Positions 13,501 to 25,300 of a stretch of DNA of 64,000 nucleotides are shown here, piece by piece (the stretch's first letter is position 1; each line of letters opens with the position of its first letter). The DNA comes from Hormiphora californensis (taxonomy: Eukaryota > Animalia > Ctenophora): the NCBI GenBank assembly GCA_020137815.1, contig CM035354.1, forward strand, positions 4,650,001 to 4,714,000, given 5' to 3'. Below the pieces are notes generated by a model. That model was given only the letters and a program-made list of their open reading frames with translations. It had not been told where the DNA came from and ran no database searches. The position numbers and the translations under genes are program-made.

Positions 13501-15032
13501 TCCATCCCAGTCCTGGGACATGCCGAGGGTATCTGTCACGTGTATGTAGATGGGGAATGTGACACTGAGAAGGCTCGCAGGATTGTCATTGATGCCAAGG
13601 TAGGTCTGAGTGATAACATGAGATCTGCTAGGGGCCACCTAGAATATCTCAAGTATTATTACACCCCCCAAGTGTGACTATGTAACCGATAACCCCCCGC
13701 CCCCCCCCCCTCAGTGCGACTACCCGGCTGCATGTAACGCGATGGAGACCCTTCTAATACACAAGAGTCACCTTTCTGGTGGTCTCTTCCACAAACTAAT
13801 AGATGACCTGAAACAGAGTAACGTCAAGGTACTTGGTATAGAGAGAGGCAATACAGTTGAAACTATAACAATTATTAATTACTACAGTCACCAACTATTG
13901 TTCCTCCCTAGATCCATATTGGACCACGTCTGGCCATGCTGCTCCCCGTTGCCCCTAAACCACTGGATACCTTTAGTATTGAGTATGGAGCACTAGAGTG
14001 TAACGTTGAAGTAGTAGACTCTCTCCAAGATGCAGTTCAGGTTGGTTTGTTCGGGGTGTGTTACTGTCTTCTTGGAAATTTCAATTCTGAGAAATAGCTT
14101 TATCAGTTTGTGCGATATCACGTAACGGGCGAACTGGCTCCGGTTAATCAAAATTATTCAAATTATGACGTCTTCAACAGCTTTACATATGTCAAATTTC
14201 TGACCAATTCGAGCTTAGATTTTGTTGCCAGCTGAATTTCTCTGGATTCTCCTTGATATACGGTGCTGGAACGCGCGGGTAGAGACTTGTAAAGTATCGC
14301 GCGCGAGTGTGTACATGGCACTGTGCCAGGTACTCTATTTCTGTTGTGAATGAACAGCTGTGATATGAGATCACACTGTGGGCTCCCTGGATAATACAGG
14401 GTGATCTAACACCGTACCCGTCCACGTCCCGAATGAAGAAGAACTTGTGATGTCACTATAATACCAGTCCAATCCCCTAGGCCTAACTCCCTTATGACTA
14501 CTAACATCCTCTCTCTTTTCAATTTCAGCATATTCACAATTATGGCAGCGGACACACCGATGTTATTGTGACCGAGTGTGACAAGGCGTCCAAGGAGTTC
14601 CTCAGTTCAGTAGACAGTGCGTGTGTGTTTGTTAACTGCAGTTCACGATTCTCGGACGGATACAGATTCGGCCTGGGTGCAGAGGTGAGTTGTGATCGAT
14701 GAAGTATGAGAATTAGTGTTGGAATTTGGATTCACCCATATTTCTAACCGGAACCCTCCATTTCATTCTAATATATTCCTCCCCCTAAGATATTGAAATA
14801 TTGACTAATCCCCGGTTCCTGCCCCAGGTTGGTATCAGTACAAGTAGGATCCACGCCCGAGGTCCAGTAGGAATTCAGGGTCTATTGACTACCAAGTGGA
14901 CCCTAGTGGGTAAAGGTACAGACCGTTCACGAGTTTACAGCAGGGGAGAAACGGAAATCATTTGTATTCCAAGAGCTGCCCATTCTCAAAGGGGAGAATG
15001 CTAACCTACAGCTAGAAGAAATAGGACAGTGA
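10563..15032 (+). CDS. ALDH18A1: Delta-1-pyrroline-5-carboxylate synthase (glutamate 5-kinase plus gamma-glutamyl phosphate reductase), about 13 exons
   Basis: [103 protein letters not shown]. The homologous C-terminus needs a 1-nt frame correction near 14919. Confidence 0.95.
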
Positions 15033-15437
15033 TAGTGAATATGAGAGTGATAGTGATAGTGACACCGATAGCACGGCAAGAGACGCCTAATATATGATTA
15101 GATGACTGGTTAAAATGGTCTATTACTTTTTAGTGCACGAGGCCGAAGGCCGAGTGCTCTAAATACAACAATAATGAACCGAGACCGATAGGTCGAGGTA
15201 GATCCTTTTACTTAGCTGCCGAGCCTGCGAGGCACGCTAAGTGTAACTACTGAGCGAGCCTGCGAGCTCTGTAGTTGTACTTTTGGGCCGAGCCTGCGAG
15301 GCCTAAAAGTGAAAGAATCTTTAACATTATTGTTGTGTAATAGAGCATGTAAAAGCAGTCATCTAATTTTATTAGATGATTTTGGAAACAAACTGAGTGA
15401 AAGAGATAAAGATTGAGTGAGAGAGAGAGAGAAAGAG

Positions 15438-15486
<49 letters not shown>

Positions 15487-15660
15487 TGTGCAGTAGTCAC
15501 TACTGCACTGCACACGCCCTAACCCTTATCTTTTCTTCCCCTCTGCAACTATAGGTCACGTGATCGTCACGTGATGGCACCACACCAATGAGCGTCCTGC
15601 ATCTGCTTTCCCTCTCTGCCTTCGATTCTCTCTTTTCATATCTCTCTCTCTCTCACACAC

Positions 15661-15773
<113 letters not shown>

Positions 15774-16095
15774 TAATCTTTATCCCGTTCACTCAGTTTG
15801 TAATGTTTGTAATGTTCACACTGTGTGCGTGTGACTAGAAAGTGTTTAATTTTTCACATACCACTGCAGCGGTATTTTACTTTATAATTACTAGTGTTTT
15901 TGCAGTGGTCTAAAACTTCACAGTACACTTTAACCACCGGAAACGGTGTACTGTGAAAACTTAGATAACCGGTTAAAATTGTCTAATAACAATTGTTAAA
16001 TGATGGGTGTCAGCATTCTGTACGTGTAGTTGAATTTTCATGAGATATGACCGTTGAACGGCAATCATGGGTTTCTGTGTGTTTGTGTGTGTATA

Positions 16096-18667
16096 CAAGG
16101 TGGGCCACGGATTGTTGGTCATGGTTAGCGAGGTGGTGCGGCAAAACGGTGATATTTGTGAGAATAAAAATTATGGGAGCACTCTGGATCAATTCCTTGG
16201 TAACTTTTTCCATAATTTTTTGTCAAAATTTCGAAAATTCATTTTTCATTCCTTCATTCATTTCTCGTTCACTCATGATGTGAGCATCCTAATTTTCCAT
16301 CATTATGCTATTTTTCTTTGGCTTGAATTTATCTTTCCAATGAGTACCATAAAAATGAAATTGAAGCACCAGGTCACGCAGCAGTTGAGAAAATGTTCAT
16401 GCATGATTTTGGCTCTTTTTGCGACTTTCAAACAGCTGTATCACGGCTACCTTTCGTTCAATCTTCTTAAAACTTTGGGAAAACATTGGATAAGCAAAGA
16501 TCTTTGCTCACAAGAAAAATCAAGGCCAAAGGTCAAAGTTCATTTTTCATTTTTGTTAGTTCATTCCGTTCATTCAGGAACCAACATCCCTAAAGTGATG
16601 AAAAGGTTTGGGTTTTGTTTGGCCCATATCCTGCAATGACAGAGAGGTGTAATAGCATGTTTCCGGGCTAGTTTGAGGGTGTCCATGTGATCATGATGAT
16701 ATCTGACACCTTTTCTGAGCCATAATTTAGGGATTCTCTCAAATTCAAGCATGTAACTTGGTGTTTCTGCGACTAGTACCGTGCAACAATGTTATGAGAT
16801 CTCATAACACCTCAAAAATGATGATTAGCTCAATGAAATGAGTTGATTTATGATCAAAATTGTTCGTTTTGTTCAATTTGACATCGGTTTTAATCTTTTC
16901 AATCATAAATCAACTCATTTCATTGAGCTAATCATCATTTTTGATGTTTTATGAGATCTCATAACATTATCGCACGGTACTAATCGCAGAAAAACCAAGT
17001 TGCATGCTTGAATTAGAGAAATTCCCTTAATTATGGCTCAGAAAAGGTGTCAGATATCATCATGATCACATGGACACCCACAAACTAGCCCGGAAACATG
17101 CTATTACACCTCTCTGTCATTGCAGGATATGGGACAAACAAAACCCAAACATTTTCATCACTTTAGGGATGTTGGTTCCTGAATGAACGGAATGAACTAA
17201 CAAAAATGAAAAATGAACTTTGACCTTTGGCCTTGATTTTTCTTGTGAGCAAAGATCTTTGCTTATCTAATGTTTTCCCAGAGTTTTAAGAAGATTGAAC
17301 GAAAGGTAGCCGTGATACAGCTGTTTGAAAGTCGCAAAAAGAGCCAAAATCATGCATGAACATTTTCTCAACTGCTGCGTGACCTGGTACTTCAATTTCA
17401 TTTTTATTGTGCTCATTGGAAAGATAAATTCAAGCCAAAGAAAAATAGCATAATGATGGAAAATTAGGATGTAGTAGGGACGAATCTTAATTTTTTGACT
17501 CACTATTTGGTGGAAAGCAAATTCCGGTTGTAACCCACCTATTTTGACCCGCCGAACACGATCCCGTTCATAGGTAAGGTCGCAAAAGTGAAGAACATGC
17601 CCAAATCGGCCACGCCCTTTTACCTGTATTTTCAGCCTGTAGCCAAAAACATAAATCCTCTTAGAATAGGAGTAGAGACAAATCTGAGGGCACTAAAGTG
17701 ATCAGCGCCCTCGTATTAGTGGGGGTAGGTGCTAGAATTAAGTCTCTATCTCATGTGGTTAATTAGATAATTGGATAATTAGGTTTCCACATAACCGTTT
17801 TTTGGCTATATGGCTATAGCCACTTAGAAATGGTTTAGAGACTTTTCACTGGCGCCATTTTGTAGGCAATAGCCAAGTTATGGGGGGTCGACGTCGGACT
17901 TTTAAGCTCTATCTCCAACCGTTTAGCCGTTATTGGGCTTGAACGATGCTCAAAATCGGGCTTTTTACCGTTTTTCGCTCATTTTGAGCATCAATTAAGC
18001 CCAATAACGGCTAAACGGTTGGAGATAGAGCTTAAAAGTCCGACGTCGACCCCCCATAACTTGGCTATTGCCTACAAAATGGCACCAATGAAAAGTCTCT
18101 AAACCATTCATAAGTGGCTATAGCCATATAGCCAAAAAACGGTTATGTGGAAACCTAATTATCCAATTATCTAATTAACCAGATGAGATAGAGACTTAAT
18201 TCCAGCACCTACCCCCACTAATACGAGGGCGCTGATCACTTTAGTGCCCTCAGATTTGTCTCTACTCCTATTCTAAGAGGATTTATGTTTTTGGCTACAG
18301 GCTGAAAATACAGGTAAAAGGGCGTGGCCGATTTGGGCATGTTCTTCACTTTTGCGACCTTACCTATGAACGGGATCGTGTTCAGCGGGTAAAAATAGGT
18401 GGGTTACAGCCGGAATTTGCTTTCCACCAAATAGTGAGTCAGCCACTTCTTTTTATAAGAGATTCGTCCTTACTAATGCTCACATCATGAATGAACGATA
18501 AATGAATGAAGGAATGAAAAATGAATTTTCGAAATTTTGACATAAAATTATGGAAAAAGTTACCAAGGAATTGATCCAGAGTGCTCCCATAATTTTTATT
18601 CTCAAAACTATCACCGTTTTGCCGCACCACCTCGCTAACCATGACCAACAATCCGTGGCCCACCTTG
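16096..18667. mobile_element. Compound foldback: outer TA-flanked hairpin element containing two long internal hairpins
   Basis: 16096-16287 is the reverse complement of about 18476-18667 (CAAGGTGGGCCACGG ends, TA on both sides). About 16285-16865 pairs with 16900-17471, and about 17497-17956 pairs with 17981-18440. Confidence 0.85.
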
Positions 18668-19065
18668 TACATGTGTGTTTGTGTGTGTGTGTATGTGTGT
18701 GTTTGTGTGTGAATGACATCATATCATATTTGCATGTGTTCTTTTGTTTCTAATTCAATCGTTACCCCCAACATAATGGATCTGTGTTTAGTGAATTGTA
18801 TATGGGGTGGAGTTGAGATGGTAAAACACACTCAAGATACGACCTAGTAGGGGACACTACTTGTACAATTACACGCCTGCCCAGTTTAATGCAGACCGTA
18901 ATACGAGATGAACGATTGCACGATTGGGACTGACTACTGGCATAGTGTCCCCTACTTTAGCTACGAAACACGAATTGTCTCAAGGTGGTATGAAACATAA
19001 GAATGTCAATGTCACTCGAACACACACGCACATGAATCATATTGATCTGGTCCCGCACAAAACAT

Positions 19066-19151
<86 letters not shown>

Positions 19152-19157
19152 TCTCTT

Positions 19158-19219
<62 letters not shown>

Positions 19220-19310
19220 TCTGAGTCCCTGCTCATTTCAATTTCATTTCTCTAAATTTCTCCAAAAACATAATACTTGATTACACAAAACACTAAATAT
19301 CCCCGAAACA

Positions 19311-22300
19311 TTATAAATCGAGTCTCTTCCTTCGGCCCTCGTTAACCGATGAGTTAAGGGGAGGTGGGGTATCGGGTGAGATATTGGCTGGCCCGGCTGT
19401 CAGGTATCCTGCAGCTCCAACTGGCCCAGTGAGGTATCCTGCCGTCTTAGTATCCTGGGGGAGGGAGGATGGGGTTAGGGAAACCATCATTTTCAATATA
19501 ATTTCCATGTCATTGGAACAGCCTTGGTATTTCAGCTATCCCTTCCCGCGTGTAGGACCGGAGAGGGGCCTCTGAGGGGTCGTTACACCACCAATTGCAA
19601 TATGTAACAACCAGGTCACGGAAACATTTCTCCTGGACCATGGTTAGGGAAAACATTTCCTGGTCGCTGTAATAATAAAATAAACACATCATGAGACAAT
19701 CAGATTCTAGACCAATAAAATTACCTCCAAGAAAAGGTCGTGTTTCTGATCCTTGTAGCTGGCCCATACTGGACTGTTGGCCAGTTTAGCTTGTACCTTA
19801 TCTCCACTCATCACATCCATTTGCATTGCTTTCAGGGCTATAACCACCTGAAATGAAACAACTTGTTGAGGGTGGGAGATAACCACGTTGTCCAGAGTTC
19901 CCTGACGTTACTAAGCACACTGTCGGGCGGCCCCTCGCTTCAGCGAGGAAATGATTCTTGGCAGAATGTATTTTACCTGTGCTTTGGCTGACGCGGGTGT
20001 ATGGAAGTCGTCCTCCAGTAGACTCAGCAAATACCCAACTAGGTCCACCTGCAGTGCCTGTGCTACCAGGGTCGGGACATTCTTGGTGAAGGCTTTATGA
20101 CACACCTCAGCACCTACTGCCACCGCCTCGTGCCCCCTCTTCATGGCGGTCATAATGTGTTTTACAGAGTCTGTAGTGTTCGCTAGGCACTTTACACAGC
20201 TGTCATTGGAGGTGATGGAGACAAGGATCTGGAGTGAGAGCCGCCCACATCCTGCCGGGTTACTCGCCATGAACTGGGGGAGGGAGGAGGGGGTTACTAA
20301 GATGGTTACTAGCGTGGTTACTAGGATGGTTACTAGGCTGATTACTAGCGTGGTTACTAGGATGGTTACTTGCTGCAGTTTTCTAGAAAAATATACATCA
20401 ATGTCCAATCCAGACCCTCTTTCCTTGATGATGAGGAGCCTTGTTGAGAGGAGTAGTCCCGGGCATGCCATGGCCTACAAGGTTGAGGATTTTGCTCGAT
20501 CTGTTTATGGAGACAAGCGTGAAGATGTCGATCATATTGGTATTTTTGAGCTTGTCTCTAATGGTGAGGAGGTCCCTGGTTTCTCCGCCAGTGATTTTAA
20601 CACACGTCAGTTTACCAAACCGGTTTTGAGTACCCTGTTGGAGTCTGCCTGCAGCTTGCTATTCAAGCAGTGCCTTCCTTACTTCATGGAAACTAGGAAG
20701 TTACACGACCAGGTTGCTAAGTTGGAGAAGGAAGCAGAAGAAGAAGAGAAGAGTTCAGTTCCCGCCACCTCCACCAGTGCCTTACAGCTGAGTGAAGAGC
20801 TGAATGCTGCCCAGAGGAAGATCATCGCCCTCCAGGAGCAAGTGATTGCGCTGAAGGATGATGTCAGATTGGCTGAGTCCAGTGCAGTCACCAAGACAGT
20901 AGAGAGAGATATGAAGAGCTTTTCTACTGTTCTCTCTCAGAATTGTGCAGTAGCAATGGCACCAAGGAGGATCCAACAAGCTGTGAGGAAAGCTACATCA
21001 AGCTCTGTTCCCGAGGACAGGTCCTGTAACCTGATGATATTTGGGTTGCCAGAGGAGTCATCGAAGGAGACTGTTCAGACCTCTGTCAAAGGAGTTTTGG
21101 ACCAGTTGAATGAGAAGCCAGTTCTGGACAAGTGTGGCAGAGTTGGTAGTCCGACAGCTGGGAAGGTGAGGCCTGTCAGAGTAACCCTCAAATCGAGGGA
21201 AACTCTGATCGCTATTCTGAGGAAGGCGAAGGAACTAAAGGGTTCTACAAAATACTGCAAGGTGTTTCTAGAGCCTGATAGGACCCCCGAGGAAAGATTG
21301 GAAAGGAGAAGAACTCTACAGACTCTGAGTGATTTGAGAGTGTCACATCCTGAGGGACGTTACGTGATAAGACGTGGAGTGATTAAGTGTGTGTAGAACT
21401 CCGGGTGTTGCCTGTTATAGCGGGATTTTCCTGCGTTGGCAAAGCCCTTGATTGGGTGTGTGTAAATATTTGATTTTCATTGTTTTCCGAACCCTTTCTA
21501 AATTGTACCCCGATAAAAAAAAGGTAGTTACTAAGATGGTTACTAAGGTAGTTACTAAGGTGGTTACTAGTGTGGTTACTAGGCTGATTACTAGCGTGGT
21601 TACTAGGCTAATAAGGTGGTAACTAGGATGGTCACTAGGATGGTTACTAATGTGGTTACTAAGGTGGTTACTAGGTAGACGAATACCTGTATAAGTTTAG
21701 GAAGGTGTCCAAGAGATGGAACCTGTTCCGACAGTATCGGTTGAGAGGTCAAAAGAGCGACTAAAGCAGCAGCAACAGTTTCAGCTGTCTCCCCGCCACT
21801 CTTGTGTTCCATGACCGTCTCAAACAGGGCAGACATGAACTCCCGCGGTTTTCTAACCGACCAACTGGGCTGTCTGATAAAGTGCTTGATAAAGACACCC
21901 CCCACCACCAGTTCTCCAGCCATGTCGCTGTATCGGACATTGAAATCGGAGGGTAACCGCCAGTCAACGTCAATATTCTTCAGCTTAAAGAGATAGAAAG
22001 AATGTTAGATTGTGTGGAGCTAAAACCGAGGAAGAGAGAGTGAATTCTGGGTCTAATATGGCACCAGTTAGAGATTCCAGGCATCAGGCCAGTACTAATC
22101 ACTGAACCCAATAGACGATTAGTAAAGATTGTAAATCACCTGGTCCTTGTAATGGAAGGTCATCATTTTCTGGACGGTTGCACACAACTTCTCTCTACTC
22201 TCATCACTCCACACTAGTTCTGGATTCTCGTGTGTGTTGTCGAACATGTGGATGGCTGTCTCAGCACTGTCAGAGAGCGCCTCCACAAAGAGGGATGGTA

Positions 22301-25300
22301 GGAACTTGAGGAGAACTAGGCGGACCTTGGGACCCACCAACTTGTCACTCAACATCTGGGGAATAAGGGGTGGTTAGTGGTTACCATGGTAACACTCCTA
22401 ACAAATAGTTACCATGGTTACAGTACTCTCAACTAATGTACCTTTGACAGAAGAAGGGCGGTATCTTCCCGTATCTCTGGTGTTGAAGAGTTACAGAAGA
22501 GATGGAGAAGGTAAATCAGGGCACCCTTAACCAGCACTTCCTTGATGACTGTGGTGTTCGAAACTAGCGCGTGCAACACCTGTAGTTAAGGGTGGTCATT
22601 TACACAATTCTGTAATGTGGTTATTGTGTGGCGCTATGTGATGGTTCGGTAGATCAAAGTGGTTATTGCAACGGGATTGCAACCCTGCACGAGTATGAAT
22701 TGTTATCAGTTATGTTCTGTGAAAGGGTCGAGCAATGATGGAGAGATTGTGTGTCTGTGTGTGTGACTGAATATCAGTTGTGTCACATTACCTGGAGAAC
22801 TGAGGAGCGAGATCCAGGTACCAACATAAACATAACCAACAGAGATCCCATCACCTGAAATATACATGTCATACACCGTGTGTCATGTGACCACGTACCT
22901 TTGCCAGTGGGCCGCTAGACAGAAACCACGTACCTTTGCCTGTGCGCCGCTAGACAGAAACCACGTACCTTTGCCTGTGCGATACTAGACAGAAACCACG
23001 TACCTTTGCCTGTGCGCCGCTAGACAGAAACCACGTACCTTTGCCTGTGCGATACTAGACAGAAACCACGTACCTTTGCCTGTGCGCCGCTAGACAGAAA
23101 CCACGTACCTTTGCCTGTGCGATACTAGACAGAAACCACGTACCTTTGCCAGTGGGCCGCTAGACAGAAACCACGTACCCTTGCCTGTGCGCCGCTAGAC
23201 AGAAACCACGTACCTTTGCCTGTGCGCCGCTAGACAGAAACCACGTACCTTTGCCTTTGCGGCGCTAGACAGAAACCACGTACCTTTGCCTGTGTGCCGC
23301 TAGACAGAAACCACGTACCTTTGCCTGTGCGCCGCTAGACAGAAACCACGTACTTTCGCCTGTGCGCCGCTAGACAGAAACCACGTACCTTTGCCTGTGC
23401 GCCGCTAGACAGAAACCACGTACCTTTGCCTGTGCGCCGCTAGACAGAAACCACGTACCTTACGCTCCAGTTGCAGATTGGAGGCTGGCGCCAGTTTCTG
23501 GCGCCAGCCTCCAATCTGCAACTGGCGCAAGCTGGGAGAGTCCCTGTGCGCACGAAATCTTCGTTGACTAGCAGGGTTTTCGATGTGATTTGCATCTAGA
23601 GTGGCGCGTGCGGCAGTGTCAGCAGTGTCAGCAGGGGCCTGCACCATTGTACATTGTAACTAACTTCGGTCGCAAAATCTCTAACTGGACCATTTGCCTG
23701 TGCGCCGCTAGACAGAAACCACGTACCTTTGCCTGTGCGCCAAAAGACAGAAACCACGTACCTTTGCCTGTGCGCCGCTAGACAGAAACCACGTACCTTT
23801 GCCTGTGCGCCGCTAGACAGAAACCACGTACCTTTGCCTGTGCGCCGCTAGACAGAAACCACTTACCTTTGCCTGTGTGCCGATAGACAGAAACCACGTA
23901 CCTTTGCCTGTGTGCCGCTAGACAGAAACCACGTACCTTTGCCTGTGCAATGCTCTCCACGCACTGTTGATTCCTTGTAACCAGGACCAGGACATCAAGG
24001 GCTAGTAACTGTATCCCTTCATCATTCATCTTTAACAAGGCAAACAGGAGTTTGAAATACCCGCAACACGTGCCCTCATATCCTGGATTGTGGTTCATAC
24101 AGTTCTTGAGGGCTGATAGGGCGGCATTACTCCGAGACATCCGCTGTAGCTGCTCTGAGGTTATCTGCGAGGAAGATAGAGTGAGGGAGATAGAGGGAGG
24201 GCGATAGAGGGAAATAGATGGGAGAGGAAGATAGAGGGAGGAAGATAGAGGAAGATAGAGGGAGATAGAGGGAGGGAGATAGAGGAAGATAGCTATCAGG
24301 GAGGGAGGGAGGGAGATAGATTGGAGATGGGAGAGGAAGATAGAGGGAGATAGAGGGAGGGACTAGGGAGGTAGAGGGAGATAGAGGGAGGAAGATAGAT
24401 GGAGATAGAGGGAGGAAGATAGAGGGATATAGTGGGAGGGAGATCGTCTTCCCATCCATAGATAGCCATCTGGCATCTTAGTTAAGTGATTAATATTTTA
24501 GTGATCTGACATCCGATTAGTACTCCTTTGTTTATCGGTGAAGTGAATTGAGTTACACGAACGAAGAAAAAGACATTTTATTTTTTGTTTAGAATTAAAC
24601 ATTTTGAATTGAAATTATAATTAGGATCTTCTCTACTAGTCTATCCACTATGTTCAATGTTCATGCTCTTCTACGCAGAGAATAGGGGTTGACTGCATCA
24701 AAAATTCCACTCCACCATCTAGCAGTTTAGCCACTTTACCATCTAGCAGTTTAGCCACTCCACCATCTAGCAGTTTAGCCACTCCACCATCTAGCAGTTT
24801 AGCCACTCCACCATCTAGCAGTTTAGCCACTCCACCATCTAGCAGTTTAGCCACTCCACCTTCTAGCAGTTTAGCCACTCCACCTTCTAGCAGTTTAGCC
24901 ACTCCACCATCTAGCAGTTTAGCCACTCCACCTTCTAGCAGTTTAGCCACTCCACCTTCTAGCAGTTTAGCCACTCCACCTTCTAGCAGTTTAGCCACTC
25001 CACCATCTAGCAGTTTAGCCACTCCACCATCTAGTAGTTTAGCCACTCCACCATCTAGCAGTGTAGATACATAGCATCAGAATTTGAGGGGACATGATCA
25101 TCAGCCAGTGTGAATTCACACTCGGAGAGGTTTTGGTAATATCCAGGACACCAGAAGTAAGAGAGGACAACGCTGATCTCATGCTCGAGGAGGTACCCAC
25201 AGGACAACTTAATGTTGGCGTTATCCTGGATCTGGCCAGTTCTCCGGTAAACGGGATACCTGTTCTTGTACCCAGTCATGTAGCACATAGAGGATCGGGT

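Noticed and set aside
20143-20400. N-terminal 86 aa of the 417-aa ORF
   Set aside because: Read-through of an antisense DNAJC13 exon and the 12-bp minisatellite; the element's ORF more plausibly starts at 20401.
22891-23948. 35-bp repeats as a CRISPR array
   Set aside because: Units are head-to-tail with no unique spacers, there are no cas genes, and the context is a eukaryotic intron.
24654-25046. 130-aa (AKLLDGGV)n ORF as a gene
   Set aside because: Product of a 24-bp tandem repeat with a non-ATG start in the 3' flank of the SRCR gene.
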